Source: Alkalilimnicola ehrlichii MLHE-1 (GTDB lineage Bacteria > Pseudomonadota > Gammaproteobacteria > Nitrococcales > Halorhodospiraceae). Taken from it: a stretch of 32,000 nucleotides of DNA. The stretch covers positions 2,940,001-2,972,000 of the forward strand of contig NC_008340.1 in NCBI RefSeq assembly GCF_000014785.1, written 5' to 3'. A model generated the notes under the pieces. That model searched no databases and had not been told where the DNA came from. It saw only the letters and a program-made list of their open reading frames with translations. This document shows, piece after piece, positions 9,762 through 21,947 of the stretch (positions are counted from its first letter, which is position 1; each line of letters begins with the position of its first letter). A program made the translations under genes and the position numbers.

Positions 9762-12380
9762 TCAGGCGCGGCGGCCCTGCTGCTCCTCGGCCTCCGCCTC
9801 CAGGAAGTCCTGAGCGAAGCGCTGGAGCACACCGCCGGCCTCGTAGATGGAGACCTCCTCGGCGGTATCCAGCCGGCAGATCACCGGGACTTCCTCGCGG
9901 CCGCCGTCCCGGCGATTGACGATCAGGGTGACGGTGGCGCCGGGGGCCAGATCGCCCTCCACGTCATAGGTCTCGGTGCCGTCCAGGCCCAGGGTCTTGC
10001 GCGTGGTACCTTCCTGGAACTGCAGTGGCAGCACGCCCATACCCACCAGGTTGGTGCGGTGGATGCGCTCGAAGCCCTCGGCCACGATGGCCTCCACCCC
10101 GGCCAGGCGTACGCCCTTGGCGGCCCAGTCCCGGGAGGAGCCCTGACCGTAGTCGGCGCCGGCAACGATGATCAACGGCTGCTTGCGCTCCATGTAGGTC
10201 TCGATCACGTCCCACATGCGCATCACCTTGCCCTCCGGCTCCAGCCGGGCCAGGGAGCCCTGCTTCACCTCGCCGTTCTCGTCCCGCACCATCTCGTTGA
10301 ACAGCTTGGGGTTGGCCAGGGTGGCCCGCTGGGCGGTCAGGTGGTCGCCCCGGTGGGTGGCGTAGGAGTTGAAGTCCTCCTCCGGCAGGCCCATCTTGGC
10401 CAGGTACTCCCCGGCGGCGCTGTCCGGCATGATGGCGTTGGAGGGGGAGAGGTGGTCGGTGGTGATGTTGTCCGGCAGGATCGCCAGCGGCCGCATGCCC
10501 TTGAGGGTGCGCTCGGCGGCCAGGGCGCCCTCCCAGTAGGGGGGCCGGCGGATGTAGGTGCTCTGGGGCCGCCAGTCGTAGAGCGGGCTCACCTGCTCGG
10601 CCTTCTCCACCTTCTTCTCGAACATGGGGATGTAGACCTTGCGGAAGTGGTCCGGCTTCACGTGCTCGGCCACGATGCGGTCGATCTCCTCATCGGAGGG
10701 CCAGAGGTCCTTCAGGGTGACCGGGTTGCCATCCTTGTCGGTGCCCAGGGCGTCCTTCTCGATGTCGAAGCGGACGGTGCCGGCGATGGCGTAGGCCACC
10801 ACCAGGGCCGGCGAGGCCAGGAAGGCCTGCTTGGCGTAGGGGTGGATGCGGCCGTCGAAGTTGCGGTTGCCGGAGAGCACGGCGGTGGAGTAGAGGTCCC
10901 GGTCGATGATCTCCTGCTGGATCTTCGGGTCCAGGGCGCCGCTCATGCCGTTGCAGGTGGTGCAGGCGAAGGCCACGATGCCGAAGCCGAGTTTTTCCAA
11001 CTCGGGCAGCAGGCCGGCGTCCTCCAGGTAGTACTGCACCGCCTTGGAGCCGGGGGCCAGGGAGGTCTTCACCCAGGGCTTGCGGGTCATGCCCAGTTCG
11101 TTGGCCTTCTGGGCCAGCAGGCCGGCGGCGATGACATTGCGCGGGTTGCTGGTGTTGGTGCAGCTGGTGATGGCGGCAATGATTACCGCTCCATCGGGCA
11201 TCAGGCCGTCGTCCCGCTGCTCCACCTCACCGGCGATGCCAGCCTTGGCAAGATCAGTGGTGGCCACCCGCTTGTGGGGGTTGGAGGGGCCGGCCATGTT
11301 ACGCACCACGGTGGACAGGTCGAAGGTCAGCACCCGCTCGTACTCGGCGCCCTTCAGGTCATCGCCCCAGAGGCCGGCGGTCCTGGCGTACTTCTCCACC
11401 AGGTCCACCTGCTCCGGCTCGCGGCCGGTGAGGGTCAGGTAGTCCAGGGTCTGCTGGTCGATGTGGAACATGGCGGCGGTGGCGCCGAATTCCGGGGTCA
11501 TGTTGGAGATGGTGGCGCGGTCGCCCACGCTCAGGGCCTCGGCCCCCTCGCCGTAGAACTCCAGGTAGGCGGAGACCACCCGCTCTTTGCGCAGGAACTC
11601 GGTGAGGGCCAGTACGATGTCGGTGCAGGTGATGCCCGGTGCCGGCTTGCCGGTGAGCTCCACGCCGATGATGTCGGGCAGGCGCATGTAGCTGGGCCGG
11701 CCCAGCATGACGCTCTCCGCCTCCAGGCCGCCGACGCCGATGGCGATCACACCCAGGGCGTCCACGTGGGGGGTGTGGCTGTCGGTCCCCACCAGGGTGT
11801 CGGGGAAGGCCACCCCGTCCACGCTGTGCACCACGGGGGACATCCGCTCCAGGTTGATCTGGTGCATGATGCCGTTGCCCGGGGGGATGACGTCCACGTT
11901 CTCGAACGCCTTCTTGGTCCAGTTGATGAAGTGGAAGCGGTCCTCGTTGCGGCGCTCCTCGATGGCGCGGTTCTTCTCGAAGGCGTCCTTCTCGAAGCCG
12001 GCGTGCTCCACCGCCAGGGAGTGGTCGACAATGAGCTGGGTGGGCACCACCGGGTTGACCTTGGCCGGGTCACCGCCCCGTTCGGCGATGGCGTCGCGCA
12101 GGCCGGCCAGGTCGACGAAGGCGGTCTGGCCGAGGATGTCGTGGCAGACCACCCGCGCCGGGTACCAGGGGAAGTCCAGGTCGCGCTTGCGCTCGATGAT
12201 CTGCTTCAGCGAATCGGTGAGCCGTTCGGGCTCGCAGCGGCGGACCAGGTTTTCGGCCAGCACGCGGGAGGTGAAGGGCAGTTTGTCGTAGGCGCCCGGC
12301 TGGATGTCCTCGACGGCGGCGCGCACGTCGAAATAATCGAGATCGGTGCCGGGCAGGTTTTTACGGTATTTCGTGTTCAT
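9762..12380 (-). CDS. acnD: Fe/S-dependent 2-methylisocitrate/2-methylcitrate dehydratase, AcnD type; preferred start MNTKYRKNLPG at 12380
   Basis: Aconitase motifs (VGTDSHTPHVDALGVIAIGVGGLEAE, ITSCTNTSNP, CTTCNGMSG, SGNRNFDGRIHP, GADYGQGSSRDWAAKG); adjacent to prpF. Confidence 0.93.
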   Translation of the reverse strand: MNTKYRKNLPGTDLDYFDVRAAVEDIQPGAYDKLPFTSRVLAENLVRRCEPERLTDSLKQIIERKRDLDFPWYPARVVCHDILGQTAFVDLAGLRDAIAERGGDPAKVNPVVPTQLIVDHSLAVEHAGFEKDAFEKNRAIEERRNEDRFHFINWTKKAFENVDVIPPGNGIMHQINLERMSPVVHSVDGVAFPDTLVGTDSHTPHVDALGVIAIGVGGLEAESVMLGRPSYMRLPDIIGVELTGKPAPGITCTDIVLALTEFLRKERVVSAYLEFYGEGAEALSVGDRATISNMTPEFGATAAMFHIDQQTLDYLTLTGREPEQVDLVEKYARTAGLWGDDLKGAEYERVLTFDLSTVVRNMAGPSNPHKRVATTDLAKAGIAGEVEQRDDGLMPDGAVIIAAITSCTNTSNPRNVIAAGLLAQKANELGMTRKPWVKTSLAPGSKAVQYYLEDAGLLPELEKLGFGIVAFACTTCNGMSGALDPKIQQEIIDRDLYSTAVLSGNRNFDGRIHPYAKQAFLASPALVVAYAIAGTVRFDIEKDALGTDKDGNPVTLKDLWPSDEEIDRIVAEHVKPDHFRKVYIPMFEKKVEKAEQVSPLYDWRPQSTYIRRPPYWEGALAAERTLKGMRPLAILPDNITTDHLSPSNAIMPDSAAGEYLAKMGLPEEDFNSYATHRGDHLTAQRATLANPKLFNEMVRDENGEVKQGSLARLEPEGKVMRMWDVIETYMERKQPLIIVAGADYGQGSSRDWAAKGVRLAGVEAIVAEGFERIHRTNLVGMGVLPLQFQEGTTRKTLGLDGTETYDVEGDLAPGATVTLIVNRRDGGREEVPVICRLDTAEEVSIYEAGGVLQRFAQDFLEAEAEEQQGRRA

Positions 12381-12542
12381 GGCGTCTGCTTTCCGTCGAG
12401 TCGGTGTTTCAGGGTCGGGTGACGGGGTGACTCTTCGGCCTTGCACACGGTTGCGTGTCGGCCGGTCGCCCTCGTTGCCATCCCGTCGTTCCGGGAGGCT
12501 TTTGGTCTCTGTCTGTACCCACACCAGGCGTTAGGAGTCGGG

Positions 12543-12654
12543 GCTGTGGGTTCGACGGATTCGCTGGAAGACACGCCGTGAATACATCCCTGTAGGCTCG
12601 AAGGCGACATCCCTGTCGCCTACGGTCTTCCACCGAATCCGTCGAACCCACAGC
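12543..12654. repeat. Long palindromic element, 30-bp arms with one mismatch, enclosing repeat core copy 2 (12574-12600) and an inner hairpin
   Basis: GCTGTGGGTTCGACGGATTCGCTGGAAGAC (12543-12572) vs GTCTTCCACCGAATCCGTCGAACCCACAGC (12625-12654). Confidence 0.95.
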
Positions 12655-12735
12655 TCGGCCAGCCGGGGTGCCCCCTCCAGTCTCAGCGAGGCCCGAAACG
12701 GGCACTTCCTGAGGGGCACCACCAGTAGGCCTCCT

Positions 12736-13860
12736 TCAGCCCCGTTGATCGATGGGGGTGAAGGGCCGCTCCTCGGGGCCGGTGTAGTCCGCGCTCGGGC
12801 GGATGATGCGGTTGTTGGCCCGCTGCTCGAAAACGTGGGCACACCAGCCGGTGACCCGCGACATCACGAAGATGGGGGTGAACAGCTTGGTGGGGATGCC
12901 CATGAAGTGGTAGGCGGAGGCGTGGTAGAAATCGGCGTTGGGGAAGAGCTTCTTCTCGTCCCACATCACCTGCTCCACCCGCTCGGAGACCGGGTAGAGC
13001 ACGGTGTCGCCCACCTCGTCGGCCAGCTTCTTGGACCAGGCCTTGATGATCTCGTTGCGAGGGTCGGAGACGCGGTAGATGGCGTGGCCGAAGCCCATCA
13101 CCTTCTCCTTGCGCTCGAGCATGCCCTTGAGCTCGCGCTCGGCCTCGTCCGGGCTGTTCCACTGCTCGATCATGGCCATGGCCGCCTCGTTGGCGCCGCC
13201 ATGCAGCGGGCCGCGCAGGGAGCCGATGGCGCCGGTGACGCAGGAGTGGATGTCGGACAGGGTGGAGGCGCAGACCCGGGCGGTGAAGGTGGAGGCGTTG
13301 AACTCGTGCTCCGCATAGAGGATCAGCGAGGCGTGCATCACCTTCTCGTGCAGGCTGTTGGGCTTCTCGTCCCGCAGCAGGTGCAGGAAATGCGCACCGA
13401 TGGAGTCATCGTCGGTGGCCGTGTCGATGCGCACGCCGTCGTGGCTGTAGCGGTACCAGTAGGTGATGATCCCGGGCAGCACGGCCAGCAGGCGGTCGGT
13501 GGCCTCCTGCTGCTCATCGAAGCTCTGCTCGGTCTCCAGGTTACCCAGCATGGAGGCGCCGGTGCGCATTACGTCCATGGGGTGGGCGTCGGCCGGGATC
13601 TGCTCGAGCACGGCCTTCAGCGCATCGGGCAGATCGCGCATGCCCTTCAGTTTCTCGGTGTAAGCCGCAAGCTCCGCCTTGGTGGGCAGATCACCCTTCA
13701 ACAGCAGGTAGGCCACCTCTTCGAAGGTGGCGCCTTCGGCCAGTTCGCGGACATCGTAGCCGCGGTAGGTCAGGCCGGAGCCCTTGCCCACGGTACACAG
13801 CGCGGTCTGGCCAGCGGACTGGCCGCGCAGGCCGGCACCGCCCAGTTTCTTATCGCTCAT
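12736..13860 (-). CDS. prpC: 2-methylcitrate synthase; preferred start MSDKKLGGAGLRGQSAG at 13860
   Basis: Citrate synthase fold motifs (VKAVLEQIPADAHPMDVMRTGASMLG-type, LHGGANEAAMAMIE, MGFGHAIYRVSDPRNEIIK); between prpB and acnD. Confidence 0.95.
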   Translation of the reverse strand: MSDKKLGGAGLRGQSAGQTALCTVGKGSGLTYRGYDVRELAEGATFEEVAYLLLKGDLPTKAELAAYTEKLKGMRDLPDALKAVLEQIPADAHPMDVMRTGASMLGNLETEQSFDEQQEATDRLLAVLPGIITYWYRYSHDGVRIDTATDDDSIGAHFLHLLRDEKPNSLHEKVMHASLILYAEHEFNASTFTARVCASTLSDIHSCVTGAIGSLRGPLHGGANEAAMAMIEQWNSPDEAERELKGMLERKEKVMGFGHAIYRVSDPRNEIIKAWSKKLADEVGDTVLYPVSERVEQVMWDEKKLFPNADFYHASAYHFMGIPTKLFTPIFVMSRVTGWCAHVFEQRANNRIIRPSADYTGPEERPFTPIDQRG

Positions 13861-13915
13861 AGGTCTCTCCCTCGTGCGGTTTGACAATTGTGAAAGCGGG
13901 TAAAGCAGCCCCGGA

Positions 13916-14041
13916 GCCGGCCTTCGGGCGGCCGGGATTCCCGTCGCGGGGCGTCGCCGGCCATGGACGGCCGGCGACGAGCTTACAGGGACGTACTCGC
14001 AGCGTCCCCGCGACGGGAATCCCGGCCGTCCGAAGGCCGGC
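13916..14041. repeat. Long palindromic element, 36-bp arms with one mismatch, enclosing an 11-bp-stem hairpin and repeat core copy 3 (13978-14004, opposite orientation)
   Basis: GCCGGCCTTCGGGCGGCCGGGATTCCCGTCGCGGGG (13916-13951) vs CCCCGCGACGGGAATCCCGGCCGTCCGAAGGCCGGC (14006-14041); inner CGTCGCCGGCC-atggac-GGCCGGCGACG. Confidence 0.95.
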
Positions 14042-14066
14042 GCCCCGCCGCAAGCCCCAGCGCGCC

Positions 14067-14948
14067 TTATTTGTCCTGCTCGAACAGCGCGTCCAACTTC
14101 TGCTCGAAGTCGTGGTAGTTCAGGAAGTCGTAGAGCTCATCGCGGGTCTGCATCAGCTCCACCACATCCCGCTGGTGGCCCTTCTCGTGAATATCCTGAT
14201 AGACCTTCAGGGCCGCGGCATTCATCGCGCGGAAGGCCGACAGCGGATAGAGCACCATCCGGCAGCCCACCTCGGCCAGCTCCTGCTGACTGAACAACGG
14301 GGTGGCCCCGAACTCGGTGATGTTCGCCAGGATCGGTGCATCCACCCGCTCGCAGAAGGCGCGATAGTCGTCCAGGGTGTGCACCGCCTCGGCGAAGATG
14401 GCGTCGGCACCGGCCTCGATACAGGCCGCGGCCCGCTCGATAGCGGCGTCCAGCCCCTCCATCTGAAAGGCATCGGTACGGGCGATCAGGTAAAAGTCGG
14501 GGTCGATACGGGCGTCGGCGGCCGCCTTGATCCGGTCCACCATCTCCTGCTGGGAGACGATGGCCTTGTTTGGCCGGTGCCCGCAGCGCTTCTGCGCCAC
14601 CTGATCCTCCAGGTGCACAGCAGCCACCCCGGCCCGCTGCATCTCCTTGACCGTGCGCTCGATATTGAAGGCCCCACCCCAACCGGTGTCGATATCGACC
14701 AGCAGCGGCAGGTCCGTGGCCCCGCAGATACGGTGGGCGTCCTCCACCACATCGTTCATGGTGGTGATCCCCAGATCCGGCAGGCCGTAGGAGGCATTGG
14801 CCACCCCGCCACCGGAGAGGTAGATCGCCTGGTGCCCCACCCGCTCCGCCATCATAGCGGTATAGGCGTTGATGGTGCCGACGATCGGCAACGGCCGGTT
14901 GGCCTCCAGGGCGGCGCGGAAGCGCGCGCCGGGGGTTGTCATGCTCAT
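14067..14948 (-). CDS. prpB: Methylisocitrate lyase
   Basis: ICL/PEPM family: [75 protein letters not shown]. Confidence 0.96.
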   Translation of the reverse strand: MSMTTPGARFRAALEANRPLPIVGTINAYTAMMAERVGHQAIYLSGGGVANASYGLPDLGITTMNDVVEDAHRICGATDLPLLVDIDTGWGGAFNIERTVKEMQRAGVAAVHLEDQVAQKRCGHRPNKAIVSQQEMVDRIKAAADARIDPDFYLIARTDAFQMEGLDAAIERAAACIEAGADAIFAEAVHTLDDYRAFCERVDAPILANITEFGATPLFSQQELAEVGCRMVLYPLSAFRAMNAAALKVYQDIHEKGHQRDVVELMQTRDELYDFLNYHDFEQKLDALFEQDK

Positions 14949-15010
14949 GGTATTTCCTCCTGGCACGTCAGTGCACTGGGCCGGGACCGCGGACCGGCCC
15001 CGTTCGTTTG

Positions 15011-15997
15011 TTACAGTTCCACCAGGATCCGGCCACGGACCCGGCGCTCAAGCAGGTCGTCAAACCCGCCAGCCAGCCGGTCCAGGGGCAGGACCCGGTC
15101 CACCACTTCATCCAGGCGCGACGGGCGCAGATCGTCGCCCAACCGGGCCCACACCTGCCGCCGGAGTGCCTGCGGACAGTTGGCGGAGCTGATGCCGAGC
15201 AGGCTCACGCCGCGCAGGATGTGCGGCATCACCGTGGTGTGGAGCTCCGCACCGCCCGCCAGCCCGATGGCCGCCACGTTGCCGTACAGGCCCACGTGGC
15301 GACAGACGCCGGCCAACAGCTCGCCGCCCACCGCGTCGATGGCGCCGGCCCAGCGGGCCTTTTCCAGCGGCCGGCTGCCCAAGGCCAACGTCTCCGGGGT
15401 GCTGACCTCACTGGCCCCCAGCCCCTGCAACCACTCGGCCGCCTCGGGCTTTCCGCTCACGGCATGCACGGTGTAACCGGCGCGATTCAAGCACTGGACG
15501 GCGAAATTGCCCACCCCGCCGCTGGCGCCGGTGACCACTACCGGGCCCTGCTCCGGCGTCTGGCCCAGCGTCTCCATGCGGGTCAGGGCCAGGGCGGCAG
15601 TGAAGCCGGCGGTGCCCAGAATCATCGCCTCGCGGGTGCTCAGCCCCTCCGGCAGGGCCACCACCCAGTGCCCGGGCACGCAGACGTATTCGGCGAAGCC
15701 GCCGTCGTGGTTCTCGCCCAGGCCGCAGCCATTGACCAGCACCCGCTGGCCCGGCTGCCAATCGGGATGCCGGCTCTCTTCCACGGTACCGGCCACGTCG
15801 ATGCCGGCGGTGAGCGGGAGACGACGGAGGATCTTGCCGCGGCCGGTGGCACCCAGGGCATCCTTGTAGTTGATGCCCGACCACTCGGCGCGGATCACCA
15901 CCTCTCCCTCCTCAGGCGCGGGCAGTGGCAGCGATTCAATGCCGCCTTCAATGCGCCCGTCATTCTCGTGAACACGCCAGGCTCGGAATGTGGACAT
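15011..15997 (-). CDS. acuI: Zinc-free MDR oxidoreductase, YhdH/YhfP family; probable acrylyl-CoA reductase (AcuI-like)
   Basis: [105 protein letters not shown]. Confidence 0.78.
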   Translation of the reverse strand: MSTFRAWRVHENDGRIEGGIESLPLPAPEEGEVVIRAEWSGINYKDALGATGRGKILRRLPLTAGIDVAGTVEESRHPDWQPGQRVLVNGCGLGENHDGGFAEYVCVPGHWVVALPEGLSTREAMILGTAGFTAALALTRMETLGQTPEQGPVVVTGASGGVGNFAVQCLNRAGYTVHAVSGKPEAAEWLQGLGASEVSTPETLALGSRPLEKARWAGAIDAVGGELLAGVCRHVGLYGNVAAIGLAGGAELHTTVMPHILRGVSLLGISSANCPQALRRQVWARLGDDLRPSRLDEVVDRVLPLDRLAGGFDDLLERRVRGRILVEL

Positions 15998-16200
15998 GGG
16001 ACACCTCCCGCTGAATGGGCTACAAGTCTACCCTGCGCGAATGCCGTTTCCCAAATCGCTGTTAAATCATGAGGATAGAGACTGAATTCAGGGGAATAAC
16101 AGGACCGCGAGCAGCCTTGGCAACAACGGCATTGATGGGCTTAATACTGGCACAACGGCTGGATTGGAAATCCTTTCTTTTCACCCTTTCCAGCGCACAG

Positions 16201-16237
16201 AAAAAAGCCCCGGTGCCGTAACCCGGCCCGGGGCTTT
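16201..16237 (-). terminator. Rho-independent terminator downstream of lpd (minus-strand transcription)
   Basis: Minus-strand stem AAAGCCCCGG...CCGGGGCTTT followed by a T-run (plus-strand AAAAAA at 16201-16206). Confidence 0.82.
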
Positions 16238-16256
16238 CAACACCACCGGGGCAACC

Positions 16257-16280
16257 CCTGCGGTGACCGATCACCGCAGG
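16257..16280. other. Perfect hairpin just after the lpd stop
   Basis: CCTGCGGTGA-ccga-TCACCGCAGG, 10-bp stem with 4-nt loop. Confidence 0.85.
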
Positions 16281-16294
16281 CGCCCGCCCGCGGC

Positions 16295-17719
16295 TCAGTT
16301 GGCCTTGTGAATGGCCTGTTTCGACACCGCCAGCGCCGCTTCGTGCACCGACTCCGACAGCGTCGGGTGGGCATGGCAGATGCGCGCCAGGTCCTCAGCA
16401 GAGCCGGCAAACTCCATGGCCACCACCGCCTCGGCGATCAGCTCCGAGGTGGCCGCCCCGACCATGTGCACCCCGAGGATGCGATCGGTCTCGGCATGGG
16501 AGATGATCTTGACCATGCCGGTGGACTCCTCCATGGCACGGGCACGGCCGTTGGCGGCGAAGTTGAAGGTGCCCGACTTGTAGGGCACCCCCTCGCTCTT
16601 GAGCTGGGCCTCGGTCTTGCCCACCCAGGCGATCTCCGGATGGGTGTAGATGACCCAGGGGATGGTGTCGTAGTTGAGATGCCCGGGGTGGCCGGCGATC
16701 AACTCGGCCACCATCACCCCCTCTTCGGAGCCCTTGTGGGCCAACATCGGGCCACGCACCACGTCACCCACGGCATAGACGTTGGGCAGATTGGTCCGGC
16801 ACTCGTCGTCCACGTGCACAAAGCCGCGCTCGTCCAGCAGCAGGTCGACGTCGTCGGCCGCCAACCCGTCGGTGTTGGGCCGGCGGCCCACCGAGACAAT
16901 CAGCTTGTCCACCTGCAGGGTGTGCTTGCCGTCCTTGTCCTCGTAGTGGACAGAGACCTGCTTGCCCACCTTGGTGTCGGTGACGCGGCAACCCAGGCGG
17001 ATGTCCAGGCCCTGGTCGGTGAAGGCCTTGTGGGCCATGCGCGCAACCTGGCGATCCACCGGCGCCAGGAACTCGTCCTGCGCCTCCAGCAGCACCACCT
17101 TGGAGCCCAGACGGTTCCAGACCGAGCCCATCTCCAGGCCGATGACGCCGGCGCCGATCACGCCCAGGCGTTTGGGCACGGCCTCCATGTCCAGCGCTCC
17201 GTTGGAGGTGAGGATGTCCTTTTCGTCCGCCGGGGCGGCGCCGATGTCGATAGGCTTGGAGCCGGTGGCCAGGATGATGTACTCGCCCTTCAGCTCCTCG
17301 GCCTTGCCCTCGTGGGGGGTGAACTCCACGGTGCTGTTGGAGATCAACTTGCCGTGGCCGGTCTTGAAGTCGATCTTGTTGGCCTTGAGCAGCTGATGGA
17401 TACCGCCGGTCAGGTCCTTCACCACCTTGTCCTTGCGGGCGATCATCTTCTTGACGTCGATGCTGACGTCCTTGGCGGTGATGCCATGGACCGACAATCC
17501 ACCGTCCTTCGCCTTATGATAGTGCTCGGAGGAATCGAGCAGGGCCTTGGACGGGATACAACCCACGTTCAGGCAGGTCCCCCCCGGCTGCGGCTTGCCG
17601 TCCTTGTAGCGGAATTCGTCGATCACAGCGGTGGTCATCCCGAGCTGAGCGCAGCGGATGGCCGCCACGTAGCCGGCGGGACCGGCACCGATGACGATCA
17701 CGTCGTAACTATTCGCCAT
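16295..17719 (-). CDS. lpd: Dihydrolipoyl dehydrogenase (E3)
   Basis: FAD motif VIGAGPAGYVAAIRCAQLG and GTCLNVGCIPSKALL redox motif. Confidence 0.97.
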   Translation of the reverse strand: MANSYDVIVIGAGPAGYVAAIRCAQLGMTTAVIDEFRYKDGKPQPGGTCLNVGCIPSKALLDSSEHYHKAKDGGLSVHGITAKDVSIDVKKMIARKDKVVKDLTGGIHQLLKANKIDFKTGHGKLISNSTVEFTPHEGKAEELKGEYIILATGSKPIDIGAAPADEKDILTSNGALDMEAVPKRLGVIGAGVIGLEMGSVWNRLGSKVVLLEAQDEFLAPVDRQVARMAHKAFTDQGLDIRLGCRVTDTKVGKQVSVHYEDKDGKHTLQVDKLIVSVGRRPNTDGLAADDVDLLLDERGFVHVDDECRTNLPNVYAVGDVVRGPMLAHKGSEEGVMVAELIAGHPGHLNYDTIPWVIYTHPEIAWVGKTEAQLKSEGVPYKSGTFNFAANGRARAMEESTGMVKIISHAETDRILGVHMVGAATSELIAEAVVAMEFAGSAEDLARICHAHPTLSESVHEAALAVSKQAIHKAN

Positions 17720-17763
17720 GTTGTCCTCTCCATTGATGGCTAAAGGCGTTCAAACCGCAGGGC

Positions 17764-19032
17764 TCAGACTTCCAGCAACAGCCGGGTCGGATCCTCCAGG
17801 CACTCCTTGATGGTCACCAGGAACTGCACCGCCTCGCGGCCGTCGATGATCCGGTGATCGTAGGAGTGGGCGAGGTACATCATCGGCCGGATCACCACCT
17901 GCCCATTCTCGGCCATGGGCCGCTCCTGGATCTTGTGCATACCCAGGATGCCGCTCTGCGGCGGATTGAGAATGGGGGTGGAGAGCAGCGAGCCGAAGAT
18001 GCCGCCGTTGGTGATGGTGAAGGTGCCACCGGTCAACTCCTCCATGGAGAGCTTGCCCTCGCGCGCCTTCTGGCCAAATTCGGCGATCTTGGCCTCGATC
18101 TCGGCAAAGCTCATCTGGTCGGCGTCACGCAGCACCGGCACCACCAGGCCACGGGGCGAGGAGACGGCGATGCCCACATCGTAATAGCCGTGGTACATGA
18201 TGTCCTTGCCGTCAATGGAGGCATTGACGGCGGGGAAGCGCTGGAGGGCCTCGACCGCGGCCTTCACAAAGAAGGACATGAAGCCCAGCTTGATGCCGTG
18301 GGTCTTCTCAAACTTGTCCTTATACTGCCCCCGGGTGTTCATCACCGGCTGCATGTTCACCTCATTAAAGGTGGTGAGCATGGCGGCGGTCTGCTGGGCC
18401 TCGACCAGGCGCTCGGCGATCCGCTGGCGCAGCCGGGTCATGGGCACCCGCTTCTCCGGCCGGTCGGCGGCATCGGCGGAGACCTGCGGGGCGGCCGCGG
18501 CAGCCGGCTGCCCCGCAGCGGGCTGCTGGACCGGCTGGGTCTCGCCCTTCATGAAGCGGACCACGTCCTCCTTGGTGATGCGGCCCGCCCGACCGGTGCC
18601 GGGGATCTGCTTCGGGTCCAGGTTGTTCTCCTCGACCAGGCGCCGGGCAGCCGGCGGCAGGTCAGCCAGGTCCTCGGCCGGGGCGCTGGCAGCCGCCGGC
18701 GCCTCGGCGGGCTTCGGCGCGGGGGCGGAGGCAGCCTCCTGCTTGGGCGCCGGGGCCGCTTCAGCCGGCTTGGACTCAGCCTTGGCGGGGGCCGCCCCTT
18801 CCTCCAGCTTGCCCAGCACCTCGTCGGCGGTGACGGTGTCCCCTTCGTTCTTGAACCGCTCCCCCATCACGCCATCGGCCGGGGCGGGCACCTCGAGCAC
18901 GACCTTGTCGGTCTCCAGGTCCACCAGGTTCTCGTCCCGGGACACAGCGTCGCCCGGCTGCTTGTGCCAGGCGACCACAGTGGCTTCAGAAACGGACTCC
19001 GGCAACGGCGGCACTTTGACTTCGATGCTCAT
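17764..19032 (-). CDS. sucB: 2-oxoglutarate dehydrogenase E2, dihydrolipoyl succinyltransferase
   Basis: Lipoyl motif [20 protein letters not shown], Ala/Pro linkers, catalytic [15 protein letters not shown]. Confidence 0.97.
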   Translation of the reverse strand: MSIEVKVPPLPESVSEATVVAWHKQPGDAVSRDENLVDLETDKVVLEVPAPADGVMGERFKNEGDTVTADEVLGKLEEGAAPAKAESKPAEAAPAPKQEAASAPAPKPAEAPAAASAPAEDLADLPPAARRLVEENNLDPKQIPGTGRAGRITKEDVVRFMKGETQPVQQPAAGQPAAAAAPQVSADAADRPEKRVPMTRLRQRIAERLVEAQQTAAMLTTFNEVNMQPVMNTRGQYKDKFEKTHGIKLGFMSFFVKAAVEALQRFPAVNASIDGKDIMYHGYYDVGIAVSSPRGLVVPVLRDADQMSFAEIEAKIAEFGQKAREGKLSMEELTGGTFTITNGGIFGSLLSTPILNPPQSGILGMHKIQERPMAENGQVVIRPMMYLAHSYDHRIIDGREAVQFLVTIKECLEDPTRLLLEV

Positions 19033-19121
19033 CGACTCCTCGCTTCAGACTTTTTTTAGTGTCTGCTTGTTCGGGTGAAACAGGTCGGGCGACCAACGAG
19101 GCCGCCCGGTAAACGGTCGGA

Positions 19122-21947
<2,826 letters not shown>

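Noticed and set aside
9624-12422. 932-aa plus-strand ORF antisense to acnD/prpF
   Set aside because: Same GC-rich antisense artefact; no recognisable motifs, whereas the opposite strand has complete aconitase motifs. Same reasoning applies to the plus-strand ORFs at 3119..4159, 6379..7905, 12745..13884, 13881..15476, 16307..17743, 17854..19059, 20562..21926 and 25710..26847.
12736-13860. Could be an ordinary citrate synthase (gltA) rather than prpC
   Set aside because: Length of about 374 aa and position between prpB and acnD fit 2-methylcitrate synthase better.
12543-14041. Transposon-encoded mobile element
   Set aside because: No transposase or integrase ORF between or near the inverted arms. 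Each palindrome encloses only about 50 bp, and prpC between them is an intact metabolic gene in its expected operon position.
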